Shown here piece by piece: positions 1 through 15,370 of a stretch of 64,000 bases of DNA. Positions within the stretch are counted from its first letter, which is position 1; every line of letters starts with the position of its first letter. Source of the DNA: Oikopleura dioica. Taxonomy: Eukaryota > Animalia > Chordata. Under the pieces are notes generated by a model that ran no database searches, was not told the DNA's origin, and was given only the letters and a program-made list of their open reading frames with translations. The position numbers were made by a program, and so were the translations under genes. The DNA lies in contig OU015568.1 of the NCBI GenBank assembly GCA_907165135.1, positions 13,454,001-13,518,000 of the forward strand. Direction: 5' to 3'.

Positions 1-160
1 AGTTCAAACCATCCTTGGCGCGGCTCAGATGGCCGCTCAGACAGAAAAACATCCAGCCGTTTTAAAAGGTACTAAAATGTCTCAAAATTCAAGAAAATAT
101 GGGTGCGATAAAAACTTTCAATTGGCTCTTATCTACGAGACCCGCGGAAATCACAATCTT

Positions 161-1541
161 TCAGATGCGGTAACATCTCCAGGTGGCTGCACAATGGCCG
201 GCGTGCGGACACTCGAAAAACTTGGCTACCGAAGTTCCATAATTGAGGCCATTATCGCCACTCAAGAAAGATGTCAAAACTTTTAACAGAAAACTGCTAC
301 ACTTTCTAACTTGCTTGAAACAATTAAAATAAAGATAACTCACAATTTGATAGCGGACTTTTCGGCAATTTCTGCAGATTCCTCGTATTCGTGACGCAAC
401 AGCTGGTTCATAAGGAGTTTGCTGGATGCATAGAACTGCAAAGATCCATTCAGCTAGATCGACTTGAAGAGCTTTTTGACGTTTTTAACAAATTATGGAG
501 ATACTTGCACCTCGGGAGATTACTAAGTGCTAGAACTAAGCAGATAATGAACGCGTCCCTTGGTTCGCTTGGATGAGCTCGGCGAAGAGATCAAACAGAC
601 CGCTTATTTGATGTGACGTGAGCCGCAGTACTACTCGAAGCACCGGCGGCATTCTTTTTCGCGGATTTACATATCATTCTTTGTCTTGTTTATATGTACT
701 CATCTAATCAAAGCATAATTGAAAATCCTAGCCATGGTCAAGCTTGTCAATATCAACAATGCGATCTGCGAACTCAAGATTTTCTTCGAGCTGCTTCGCG
801 CTTTCTTCAGAATCACCCTCTTCCTGGTTTACCCCGCTTCGCCCTTCGAAGTCAACGTATGGAACGCGCTTGCCAAAGATAATTTTCTGCCACGCTTCAA
901 AATCATATGGCTCTTAACATGCTTGAGTGGGGCTAAATATGATGAACGAGCGAACCTGGTAGTGGGAAAATGGGCAAGCGAGGGCGTTTCTTTGACTCCC
1001 GACGGATCGATTTCAGTTTTCCTGCATGAGTGCCCACCTGAATCACGAAAAGTCCGTTCACCGAAAAAATATTCAAGAAAATACCTTGAGCCGGACATTA
1101 GTAAACAACCGCAAACGGTCGGCTTTCCATGCCTTCGATGGGAGGTATTTTGGGTCGACTTTATCATCCTTCATGAAATTCACTGCGGAAATATAACTTG
1201 ATGATGATAGCTGCTTGAATGTTAGATCCTTCCTGTCTTGTTAGTGGTTCAATAAGCGAATGAGTTTATAAAATAGGATAAAAAAGATCCGTTCAACCAG
1301 TTTCTAGTTTTTTCGATGGACTAATAGGTATTTGCGCCTTATCTGCTCTCGTGAAATCCGGCTCGTTGCGTGCCTCAAGTATCACTGATTTCAAGTAGTC
1401 CTCTGCTGTTTCCATCCCTGCGCTAGGATCGAATTCTTCAAGCTCCTTTTCCTCAAATTGAACAAATGGAATTTGCCCTGGTATTTGATCGGGTTTTTCT
1501 GCCGGCGTTTCGCCGCTGTTCAACTTTATTCTTTCAGACAT
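161..1541 (-). CDS. GEMIN2: Gem-associated protein 2 (SMN complex), multi-exon; 3' end uncertain
   Basis: ATG at 1541 (TTAG-A-ATG). The motif TAEDYLKSVILEARNEPD resembles the Gemin2 motif TPQEYLRRVQIEA. The next exon reads LPSKAWKADRLRLFTNVRL. The last exon (VAKFF) is tentative. Confidence 0.78.
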
Positions 1542-1582
1542 TCTAAGCAGTAAACAAATCAGTGAAGATGCTTTACACTTGT

Positions 1583-3333
1583 TTATGCAGCGCTTTCGAC
1601 TTGAACAGCTTCTCTCAGTTTTCGTTCTTTCAAATGAGCTTCTCGCGATGCTTTGCCGTAAATTCTGTGACCGGGGCAATCTGTATCGTCGTACTCTAAC
1701 AAAAGTATAAATCCCGCTTCCCCTTTCGGAGTTACCTAATCGTTTCCTACAACAGGCTTTGCAAAATAAAAATCCACATTTTAAACCGCGCGGATTTCCA
1801 GGGCACTTGACGCACATCTCGTATTTTGGCTTCACTCCCTAAATCGTTATATTTCTCCCGCGATTTAAAATTATTCTCACCTCTTTTGCCATTTTCTCTT
1901 GAAACTTCGCTTTTTTCTGTTCTTTATGTTTCTTTCTTTTCAAATTTTCCTCGATCATGCCCGAGTTACGCTTTCTTGAGTTTTGTTCTGTTGTTTCCGA
2001 AGGCTTCGGTCGAACGTAAGGCTTGCATCTCCAATAAGGTAGCTTCAACAAGTCGTCCATAACTTTTGGCGAGTCGAAGTCCGTATTTTCGTCTAACTTC
2101 TCAAGTCTTTTTAGCTTCTTCTGCTACACTTCCGATTTCTTCGAAGTCATTTGCTTGTGCAAGTTTATCTCTGAGATCTCGGTGCTCTTCTTGCTGAAAC
2201 ACGTGATGTAGAATTTTGAAGATATGGCCTCGAATACAGCTCAACGCTGGTAACTTGTATTTTCTAGCGATTTCGATGTATTCTGTCGCTATTTTCCAAG
2301 CTGGCGGAGAAATACCAGAGAAAAGAGCTGGATTGTAAAGGTTTCCTTCTGCCGTCATAATTCCATCAACTCCTGTTTGTTCGATACAGTCTAGCGCGTG
2401 TTGCAAGCACTGTATGTTTCCATTTGCGATAACAGGAACTCTTAAGGCGTCTTTTACTTTTTTGATGATTTGCCAGTCAGCAAGGCCAGTGTTTGGTCCT
2501 CGTTGATCTCGAGTGCGCCCGTGGATTGTCAGCAAACTTACGCCAGCGTTTTCGAGCATTTTCGCATATCTTTCGAGGGTTGATAATATTTTTGTAACGT
2601 CAGTATATTCGTAAATTTAATTATATTTTGAGCCTAGCCTCAATGTGATAGATTCATCCTCAAATTTTCTAATCTTCGCTGTGATTCTTACTTTCGCGAC
2701 TTTTCGGGCCTATAATATCGGGCTTATCAAAGCTCAGCCGTTAAATCATAATTAGCAAGTTTTACCTCTTCAATCATCTTTCTAATATTGGACCAGTCTT
2801 CCATCATGTGCGCCCCGTAATGGCCCCGCTTGGCGATCATCTGAGGACAGCCGAGATTCAAATCAACCGCGTCGCAACGATCTTCCACCATTTTTGCAGC
2901 TGTACTACTCTTGATTAACTTCCGTAAATAGCTTTCAAATACCTGAAGGCATTGACATCATTCGCGCAAAACTGGACGAACAAAGGCCTGTCGAACTCTG
3001 GAGAGCCCTGTTCAAGATCTCCGGTATCGGGAAAATTCTCACGGCGATAAGTCGCGTCTTTTATGTAATTAGCTGCGTGGAACATCGGAGTATAACATAG
3101 TTCCGAGCTATAGCGTCGACTCAGGACTCGCCACGGAAGTTCTGATGCATCAACCATTGGTGCAACAACAAACTGAGACTGTAAATTTCCAATTTATCAG
3201 TATTTCTTACCTTAGGCGATTTTAAAACGTCCTTGAACCAAGTCCAAGTGTCTCTAATATGATCTTCCATGTCAAAATTAGGAGGCCCTTCCGAGCTCTC
3301 CCAGTCTGTCTGATAACTTTCATATTTTTCCAT
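1583..3333 (-). CDS. DUS1L: tRNA-dihydrouridine(16/17) synthase 1-like
   Basis: Motifs [33 protein letters not shown] and ANGNI, plus the C-terminal Cys-rich segment [29 protein letters not shown]. Includes a GC-AG intron (2570-2638) and an apparent 1-nt frameshift in a T5 run at 2108-2112. Confidence 0.95.
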
Positions 3334-3551
3334 TCTGAAAAATCTTTAATAAAATTGAGCCAAGAGACCAAATCATTGAACAGCTAATTTAGAACATGAA
3401 CAAGCTACTTTGTGAATTTGAACTGAAGTAAAAACAATAAATATAATAGGGAAATTGTCAATTTGGCTAGTCAGAAAGAAAGGGATTATTACGAGAATGC
3501 ATTCTGGTGTGTATCTATTAGTCTTCAGGCTTTGAGAGTAGGAAGTTAGAT

Positions 3552-4001
3552 CTAATAATCGGAATCGGAGTCGTCAGAGTCCATGACTCTTCGGCGCTCA
3601 AACTTGACGGTTGTCTTTTGCTGAGTAGATGCGATTTGGTTGAGAATGTCACCAAGTGAGCTCTCGTTCAGCTTTGACTGAATCTATGGAAGACAAATTA
3701 TCTCAAATGTATCCAAATCAAGAAGAAACCTTTCCAGATCTAGCCATTTGCATGAGCATAGCTTCAGTTTGCTTTGCCTTCTGTGGGTTGACAAGAGCGA
3801 CGTTGTTGAGTCGAGCTCGAGCGGATTGATCAAGAATCTGACCAAGCATGGAATTGGTCATGTCTTCCATCTGCTGTCGCTTCTGCTGATCCTGGGCTCC
3901 TCCCTTTTGACTGTTTAAAAAGTACTATCTTAATCGTTTTGCACCTGAAGTTGGGCCATTCGCTGTCGTCGGATCTCATCAAGGGCGGCGTCGTTTGACA
4001 T
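3552..4001 (-). CDS. PDCD5: Programmed cell death protein 5
   Basis: Three exons: MSNDAALDEIRRQRMAQLQ / NSMLGQILDQSARARLNNVALV / VKFERRRVMDSDD. Confidence 0.93.
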
Positions 4002-4068
4002 TTTTTAAAACTCAAGCTCTAAATTTATTCAAATCAAAAAGCGCCTATAATTATATAAATTAAAAATT

Positions 4069-6140
4069 CTAGAGAGTGTAGTCAGAGATAAGTTTTGGAT
4101 CGGAGTCGATGTCCTCAACAGAGAATCGAATAAATAATGCTTGAGCAGCAACTTTAGCGCGAATGTCACATTCTTCCACGGTGTGGTGGTACTCAACTGT
4201 ACCCCATGTTTCTTTCTGGTACTCATTTTCGAGGCGACTATTAAAAAATAAGAGTTCGAAGCAAGTTTATGATTGCACCTGAGACGGACACATTCTTCAA
4301 TAGACAGCTTTCGCTCAATAACCATTAAACTTAGCATCATCGATTTCAAAGCAAGACACATTTTCTCGAGAGCGATTAAAACTCCAACATCGTAACTGTT
4401 CAGATGGTTCTGGAGATTCTTGTAAGCTTCGTCAGGGACGGTTGGGAGGCGGAAACCCTTTGCAACTTCGAGCTTTTTAGAGTTTCAAGTTTGTTTCTTT
4501 CTGGAATTCAATCGAGACAGCATTTTTAGAACTTTTCCTTGGTTCTGAAGCGCTCCTCAAACCACTCTTGAACTGGTGTCCATTCTTTATCCTGCGCTTC
4601 AACGAGGTTTATTGCTGGAGTACCATCAAGCGAATCTGCATCTGTGGAAGGCGAACGGAACAGGCAAGTGTCTGTTTGCAAATATTTCAGCAAGCCTTCA
4701 ATGAGCTCTCCTTTATCCGTTGTTTCTCGAAGTTCAGACTCCGCGTAGCAAAGCTAGACAAATCAGTTTGATCTATTATCCAGTGGCATTAGTACTTACC
4801 TGTGTCATGTAAAGTGAATGTTTTTTAATCTTTGCGAGATTACGCTCTTCTTGGCCAGCCCATTCTAGCGCTACGATTTCTGCCAAATCGCGTGATTTTA
4901 TCTTGAGAACCTGAGACGTTCGAGGCACTCTTAGTTTCCGCCCATCAATCAAAACTACAAACAGGGTTGCCCAACCGGATCGGAATCCGATCGGAAATTC
5001 GATCCGATCGGAATCGGATCGGTAATTGGTCGGACGAGGCAATGAAAATTTGGTCATGTCCGATCGGTTAAATCGGTTTCGATCGGTAAAATCGGATCCG
5101 ATAATCCGATCGGAAAATGGGTAAAAAAGTCGGATTCATTCATTCAAAAGCCACTAAAATCCGTGACTTAGGCTTAAAATACACTTATAAAAAGTAATAT
5201 TTGTGTAAATTCACCAATTTTTAGGCATGTTTTTCTTAAAAAAGAGCTTAATTACGTCCTTTAAAACCTTCGTCACGGTGATTTAGTGTTAGATTGAGAA
5301 TGTCAACCATTGAAATGGTTGTTTTTGCGAACGCCATTTCAAATGGCCCATTTGTTACTTCGTTTCTAGGAAATTCTAGCGCCGAGGCGGCTTTTATGAA
5401 AGCTCTTTCAGGACCCTTATATGTTTTGTACAAATGTTGCGGATCCAAGCCCCGAAAACCCAAAATTATCCATAAATTTTCACGGAAATAAGAGGTAAAA
5501 TGGTTAGAAGGGCGTTTGTAGCGAAAGAACTTGATATTTCCGAGTTTTTTCTTCATATTCAGTAGTCTAAATTGAAATTTTAACTTGAAAATTTTCGAAT
5601 ATTTTTCCGATCGGAAAATTGTCCGATCGGACATGAACTTTAATCGGAATCCGAAAAATCCGATCGGAATCGGTAATCGGATCGGTAATCGGTCGGATTG
5701 GACGAGGTCCGAATCGGATCGGATCGGAATCGGATCGCCAAGACCAAGATTTTTTGTCCGATTGGGCAACCCTGACTACAAACTTGGTCAAAATGCTATA
5801 AAAATTGAAGGGAAAACAATAATGATGATAATCGGTTCTATCGTTAATAAAATAATATTCTGTAATGATCAAGATAACTTAATCCGTAACTAAAGGAGTT
5901 CGGAGTGATATTATCGTGCTTAAACCTATTTTACAATATTTAAACCTCGTAGAGAGGTATTCTTCAAAAATCTAAATATCAGCTATTTCTAGCAGGTGAT
6001 TAATAAATGTTAGATTCTTGCTGAGATCAGCCTTAGTACCTGCCTTCAAATCCTTCATGATTTTCCGAGAGAGCCACACTTTTATAAGTCACATTCCTGA
6101 CACTGCTCGTCCTCAACGCTCTATTCAGAGATCTCAACAT
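4069..6140 (-). CDS. ATPAF2: ATP synthase F1 assembly factor 2 (ATP12); first intron contains a MITE
   Basis: Exon 1 ends TYKSVALSENHEGFE and exon 2 begins VLIDGRKLRVP..AEIVALEW. Later motifs are LQTDTCLFR, LKSMML and RLENEYQKETWGTVE. The model needs a GC donor at 6043 and a GA-AG intron at 4473-4537. Confidence 0.9.
4962..5774. mobile_element. hAT-like MITE (813 bp) with CCGAT/ATCGG subterminal arrays
   Basis: TIR CAGGGTTGCCCAA at both ends, perfect 8-bp TSD ACTACAAA (4954-4961 and 5775-5782), AT-rich core, no transposase. Confidence 0.92.
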
Positions 6141-6456
6141 TCTGCAAAAATGATCACTCGGGATTTTAAACACGTCACGCGTTAATGTATTCAGACCATT
6201 CAATAAACTTTCAGATATAAATCTTCCTCTACGGAGATTTGTGAGCGATAATATCGGAGTGCAACAGTATTTTAGATATTATATGAACTTTCGAAAACTT
6301 TCTTTCATCGTTTTAAAATGAGTTTAAAACACCTTTTTTGAAACTGACTGAAATGCAACGTTGGGTTTCGTATGGATCTAAGCTGGGTAAAGCAGTGGGG
6401 AAAGTTGGACAGATGAGTCATTGGATTAATTTGTAAATTCTAGTAATGGCCAAGGT

Positions 6457-7474
6457 CTAGGTCTAGGATCTGGGGTGACCGGAGGTGATCTGAAATGAGT
6501 CGCCGAAAATGAATCACCGAAAGATGTGATAGAGCTCCGCGGATCACCTAAACGAGGTGATCGGAGCCGATCACCCGCCTGAATTTTTGGTGATTTAGGT
6601 GATCGAGATCACCTCTGACTGGTGATCCAAACATTTTCGATCACCAAAGTCGTGTGATTATGGTCAGGGCAGAAGTGGATATTTTGATGTCAAATCACTC
6701 TTTTGACCACTCTTTATTTGAAATTTAAAGAGATAATCTCCATTTCACTTTCTACTACCATGAAAAGGGCTCGCCCCGGGAAAGAAATACGCTTCAACCC
6801 TCTTATCCGACTCAGTAATACTTTGTATTTACTTACTTACTCTTTACTTTGGGTCCATTAGTTACTAACGGTAAGGGTTCTGAATTTTCGGAAAATCAAA
6901 AAGGAACTAATTTCTTTAAATGAAAGGATTAACTTCTCAATACACGGGGCCGGTAAAACCGACCACAGTGACTTATGCCCTCAATTAATTCGAAGGGTGT
7001 TAATCCGTTTGACCCAATTTTTGCAATGTGCGAATTTTCGTGAAATTTCTCAAGAAAGATGGCGTTTTGCACCAGATTTCTCTCGCGGTCTCTATCGAAA
7101 AATCGAAAGGTTTTAGAATGATTTAACTGATGTCAAACCACAAGGGAAGATAACAATTATGAATGAAAGCTTTCTGATACTTGAAGCGACTTTTTGTCGG
7201 AAGAAATAAATAACTTTATGAAAAAACTTATTAAGTTTTTTGTTAAACAAAAAATGAATAAAAAAGTAAATTAAAAAACTTCATTAACCGAAATTCGACG
7301 TAGGAGATCCGATCACCCCAATTTGGTGATCGAAGAACTCCCAAAAATTGATTTGGTGATCGGGACTCGATCACCTTTTTGGGGTGATCCGAGAAACCCG
7401 ATCACATCTTTTGGTGATTCATTTCTGGCGACTCATTTCAGATCACCTCCTGTCACCCCAGATCCTAGACCTAG
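6457..7474. mobile_element. hAT-like MITE (1018 bp) with GATCACC subterminal repeats, in the PRPS1 3' region
   Basis: Near-perfect TIR of about 70 bp beginning CTAGGTCTAGGATCTGGGGTGAC. 8-bp TSD GCCAAGGT (6449-6456 and 7475-7482). Confidence 0.9.
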
Positions 7475-7507
7475 GCCAAGGTTCTTATCAGTTGCCTTCT
7501 TGTCTTC

Positions 7508-8710
7508 TTAGAACGCGTGGGAGAAGAGATACGAGACCTGAAAACTTTGAAAATCGTAGTTATTCGGAAACTTACCGATTCGCCATTGTGGGTTCTCCGA
7601 ATCGTCTCCGCCAAGATCCCAGATATATCAATAATCTTGATCTTGGACGAGAGTTTCATGTTCTTCTCTTGTGGCATCGAGTTCGTCACAGCGATGAACT
7701 TAATTTTCGACGAGTTGATTTTCTCAATCGCGTCCCTCGAGAATATTCCGTGGGTGACGATGGCGTACACTTCAGTCGCACCAGATTCGATCAGCTTATC
7801 GGCAGCCATTTTCAATGTTCCTAAAAGGAAATTTATCCTTGATTTTAAAAGCCGTTACTGACCACAAGTGTCAGCCATATCGTCAAGAAGTATAGCAGGT
7901 CGGCCTTGGACATCGCCCACAAGCACCATGTTTGCAACTTCATTTGCCTTTTGTAACAAATAGTAACGAAGCAAACGTCAATGAAAAAGTACCTTCTTTC
8001 GTTCTTTGTGAATCAACGCAAAGTCTGTATTGAGCTTATCAGCAAGAGATGTAACTCGCTTGGCTCCACCAGCATCGGGAGAAACAATCACACAATTCTC
8101 AAACTGAGGCACGTTTTCTCTGATCCAGAGTTCAACACGCGGCTCAGCATAGAGATTATCCACGGGCAGATCGAAGAATCCCTGTCAAAAGAAGACAGTC
8201 AGATGCTTTATTTCAAGAGTGAAAATAACCTGAATTTGTGAAGCATGTAAATCCATAGTGATTATGTGATCAGCTCCACTCGTGGTGAGCTGATTCGCAA
8301 CGAGCTTTGCAGTGATGGGAGCTCGAGACTTGTCCTTTTTGTCTTGTCTTGCGTATGGGAAGTTGGGGATGAGAGCTGTCACGCGCTGAGCAGAGGCGAT
8401 TTTGCAGGCGTTGATCATAATTAACAGCTCCATCAGATGGTCGTTTATGGAGGCTTTGATCCCATTGCTTCCATCGCTGCAACATCCTGTCTACCAGACA
8501 AACGAATTAACCAACCGGGATAGGTGGTTACAAAGATACCTGAACAATAAAGACATCTTCCCCTCGCACGGACTCTTGAATCTCAACATTTGTTTCCCCG
8601 TTGGCAAACTTGGTGCATTTTGCCTTTCCGACTGGGATCTGAAGCCTCCTGCAAATTTCTTGAACGAGCTCTGGGTGGGAGGAGCCTCCAAACACTTTAA
8701 TGTTAGACAT
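7508..8710 (-). CDS. PRPS1: Ribose-phosphate pyrophosphokinase (PRPS1/2 family)
   Basis: Motifs [57 protein letters not shown] and HNGESVSYLFSH. Confidence 0.97.
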
Positions 8711-9207
8711 TCTAAAAGAAATTTGTTCTCAAATCAAACAAAATGAAAAGGAACCTCATCTTCGTGATCTATGGTCTCGGTGGTAAGATTGAGGTAGAAA
8801 AGGGACAAAAAAATTTTCGATAAACCTCTCAATCGAAAGGAAAAGTGTTCTACCCGCGGCGACATGCAAGAATGCGGTTCACCACCTCCGCCTCGACGTA
8901 ATTGGTCACCCAAAAGAGGAAGGGGCTCTACTCCAGTAGGGTTTGCGTAATTCTCATGCTAATGAGTTCTCTCTTGTTCGTGCTTGACCTTAAAAAACTT
9001 TTCGTATTCCAAGGAGATTTTGAACAAATAAAAATTGGCGTAGGTGTGGCCTTTTTACAACACCTTTATTGCATAATTAAAACGCCTAAATTCAAAAGTG
9101 GGTCAAGAAAACTTATGGAACCTGATTAGACTGGTCCTTAGAAGATCAACCGGTTGATTGAAAACATTCATTTCACAATAGAATTAGGGGAGTTTATTGA
9201 CATTCGT

Positions 9208-12200
9208 TTATGCATTCGGCTTATAGAATTTCTTCTTCTTCTTCGCAGGCTTTTCATTTGACTCTGAAATGCCTCTTTCTCTTTTTTTCTTTCTGCTTCC
9301 ATTCTTTCTTCTCGACCCACTCACCCTAGAATCTCTATTTGACTCTGGCGATTTCTCGTTTTGAGTTACCTTTTCCATCTTCTCCTTTTTGATAGCTTCG
9401 AACTTGGCCTTTCGAGCTTCATCTCTCGCGATTTTATTCTGAATTCTAGCCTCTGTCTGTTTCTTCTTCTCTGCGATCTTTTCTGCTTTCGTCTTTTCCG
9501 TAAAGCTAAAAACGCAATAAGACGACGCTCCGAATAACGCAAACGAACCTAGGATCAATCTTCGCGACGAACATATCGACTTGCGTCCTAACTTTGCCGA
9601 ATCCCTTCACTGACTTGATCTCCTCGATCTCAAGAACTTGAAGAACATTGTCTCGGATGTTCGTCACTTCCTTGAATTTCTCAGAGCGTTTGTTCATCAC
9701 TTTCAGGAGCTCTGCTACGAGATCGATCTGTCTCTCGGCCTTTAAACGTTGTCAAACCAAGGTTTGGAAGCAAATCATACCTTCAGTTCGTGTTTGGAGC
9801 CTTCAGATTTAGCCACGATGTCTGAGATCGTCTCTGTGATAGTTTCAAGAATCTCACCAGTCGCTAAAAATCGATTTATCGAAATATTTGCCGGAAAAGA
9901 CAACCTGATGCATATGCTTTCGTGACTAGCTCGATGGCAGACGCCTTTTTGTAAACATTCGGAGCATCGGTGAAGTACTTCTTCGTCAGAGGGATCATCA
10001 ATCGAATGAGTTCTGGGAATCGTTCCGTGACATCCTGAAGGAACTTCAGTGGCGTGTGTGTCGTTTTCTTCGCGAAGTGGCCGTCGATCATTGTCTGCAA
10101 GCATTTCGTTAGCTCTTCTTCGCAGTTGTTGAAACGCTCTCTCAGGCATTTAAAAACGAAGAAGATGACGTTTTGCACGAGAGAAACGTACTCGATTCCA
10201 TTGTAGGTTTTGATATCGGAGGCGAGGCGATCTAAGATGTCGAGGACAGCTTCTTGATCGTACGTTTTGCAGATTTTCTTCTTTGAGTTACAGAAATTAG
10301 ATGTGAGGAGTTTTGTTGCTTTCTTTGAGATCTCAGATGGCGTTCTAGTTTTTGCGCAATTGAGAAGAGGGGTCATGAAGACGAGAGACTTCTCCTCGCC
10401 ACTATTTCTGGTTAGATAGGCGTCGGCGAGGTCCATCACTCGAAGGGTAAAGTTGCGCTTTTGAAGCTGAATTGCGGCAGCGTCACGCTTCTTCGATGTC
10501 ATTGACTTGAAGGCTGCCCCGATGGCGTCGTCCATAGCCATCATCTGCTCGTCTGTCATCTCGTCTTCATCTTCGGAGTCATCTTCGGAGGCAGCAGCAT
10601 CGCCCATTGCTGCTTTTAACCGTGACCTTAAGCAACTGATAAAAAATTTAAAAGGACAAAAGGTTACCTCAGGTGGTTGATCTGGTCTTCCTCTTCTTCG
10701 TCAACATCGGAAGCAGACGAAACACCTTCATCGTCGCTCTCCAAGTCATCCTCTTCTTCTTCGTCTTCACCTTCGCTTTCGCTGTCTGACTCCTTCTCTT
10801 GGCTACTCGACTCGGCCTTTTCTTGACTACTCTCCTCCGACATGTCTTCAACTCCGTCGTCGTCCTCGGAGTCTTCATTCTCGTCTTCAACTTCCAAAGC
10901 GCTGGTGGCAGGATTGATAGCGTCTGCGACTAGCTGAAGCGCGGACAAACTGCAGTTATTCATCAGTTGGCGGAAGCAGCCAAGAACCATCGTTCTGTTT
11001 TTGCCCGACTCGGAAACAAGCAGACTCAACAGAATCTCAACGATTGCTTCTTCGTCGACTTGATCGTTTTTGATCAACTCCATCAGATCGTTGAGCATGA
11101 TTACATTATCCTCCCTGTTCTCCACAAAGATAGAAAGCGCACACTCACAGGTGAGGGACGAGAGGACTTTGCTGTACTTGTGCTTCTGAATCACAGACTT
11201 TAGCTCAATCATGGTCTTCCAGGTGTCTTCTGTAGCTTCGGACAATTCCAAATTAGTTGAGACTCCCTTTTGCTTCATCAACTTATCCATAAAGTCGACT
11301 GCTTTCATTGACAAGCCGTGGTCAGCGCCAGAAACAACAGCGTTTATCAAAACTTGTGTAGCTTCCCGAAGCTCGTCTGGCTTGAAATCTTCTCGGGAGG
11401 CCTTTAGTTCAGGAATATCGCACTTTTTCGATAGTTTCCCGACATTGAAGAAGGCGATCACAATCAATGTGCGGACAATGTACCAAAGAGACTCATGATC
11501 GAGCGATGTCTTGATGAATATATTGAGATTTTGCACCAGCCACTTGCGCATTGCAGACGGGTCCCCAAGATCAATCTCGAACATGTCATCTTTGCCCTTG
11601 TTGAAGGCATTAACGAACCACTTTGCGAACCAGATGTGGTTCTTGGACGATAAATTTTTGATAACAGCCATGCAGAATTGTTTTGTTAGAGGGGTGAATT
11701 TGAGGAGGCTCATGAAAATAACTCGCTGCTTCTCGGCGTCTGAGGATTTGACAAGGTCGCCAATAGTTTTCACAAAAGCTTCAGCCTGGTGAAACAGGAA
11801 TCGTTCTGAGTGAATAAGCGAATTGCGGGCTAGTCTGCACGCTTCCCCGGACAAAAGCGGCACTAGTTGCTCGGTCGATTTGGTAGAAATCACGGCGTAA
11901 TTCAACAATTCCATCGTTACGTATTTCTTCTCCCACGGTAGTTTTTGTGATTCTTTTTCGTAATGATCCCAGAAGTCAGCGAACGAGGATGAAGCGAGTG
12001 CCTCGTCGCAAATTAATTTGATAATTGGATGGGTCTTTGGATGTCTGGAGGTCGCTCCATGGAGAATCACCTTGAGCTTTTCGAATGCTTTCTTTGGCTT
12101 GTCTTCCGGCATGATTTCTTTTGAGCCCCAAAAGACACGGAAGTCGTCTGGCGTTATAAGCGAGCGTTTTTGAATCTTGAATAGAACATAAGCGAGATCT

Positions 12201-12798
12201 GCATTCGTGGTAAGATCTGGTCCAACTCTTGTTAGATGCTCAGCAATTTCGGAAGAGAACTCCTCCATATTTTCTGCCGTTTCAATCAGCTCAACAATAA
12301 CTTGACATACGAGCTGGCGAAGATATGGTCGTTTGACGAGGATTTTAAACAGCTGACTGAGAACTTCGAGTCTATGTTCGCCTGTAGCTCGACCAGATTT
12401 GATAATAGCTGCCATACAAAAGCATCGGCCAAGGGCGAGGCCTTTGAAGTTGTCAGGATCAGTTTTATCAGCCAGTGTCGTTCTCATAAATTCGATGACC
12501 TCAGCGGTGTCGATTTCTGGCACCTCTGAGAGGATGGCTGTAAGGCCAAGACAAAATCCAGGTCGAGACCAGCCTTTATTGGCAGAAAGACCTTTTATCA
12601 AACGCTCAAATGAATATTTGACATCATGAGCGACTTTTTCGTTCTCCGAAGCGCCTAAGAAAGGGTAAGGAGGAACCTTACTAAAACTAGAGAGCTACCT
12701 GCGAGACCGGTACAGAGGCCTGTGGCGGCTTTGACTCGCTTGGACTGATCACCAATCGTGAGCTCCGGGAAGAGCCCGATTAAACCGACTTCTGCCAT
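9208..12798 (-). CDS. MYBBP1A: Myb-binding protein 1A / Pol5 family nucleolar protein
   Basis: N-terminal IKGLSANKGWSRPGFCLGLTAILS, a long helical body, an acidic tract, the MMAMDDAIGAAFK motif and a Lys-rich C-terminus. Confidence 0.87.
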
Positions 12799-13050
12799 TG
12801 TCTTAACTTATTGCAATCAGTAACCAGCTGTGACCACAGATCTAGGAGTGAAATAAACGAGAATAACACGGAAGATTAGAATGAGCCGAAATATTTATTA
12901 ATAAAACTTGAGACACAGTAGCCACCTTGGGCGACTATTGGAACTATGATTTTTTCAATTTGAAAGAAGAAACAACGAAACGTGGTATTGCAGAATGGGG
13001 AATAACAGGGCAGAAATGTGTTTCAATACATGTAAAACGAGCGAAGCCAG

Positions 13051-15370
<2,320 letters not shown>

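Larger units (their letters stand above)
161..8710 (-). other. Probable trans-spliced operon PRPS1-ATPAF2-PDCD5-DUS1L-GEMIN2
   Basis: All on the same strand. Gaps of 41, 218 and 67 nt, and about 340 nt once the MITE is removed. An unpaired AG acceptor lies immediately 5' of most ATGs. Confidence 0.65.

Noticed and set aside
2101-2115. Programmed ribosomal frameshift in DUS1L
   Set aside because: No stimulatory structure was seen, and similar homopolymer slips in two other genes point to sequencing error.
5248-5893. ORFs of 100-173 aa rich in SD/RI/PI repeats
   Set aside because: They are translations of the CCGAT arrays of the MITE, with no transposase motifs.
8740-9000. GC-richer island between MYBBP1A and PRPS1 (possible small gene or ncRNA)
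   Set aside because: No frame gives a recognisable protein and no known RNA motif was found. GC-box and CCAAT-like words suggest a promoter, but this is unsupported.
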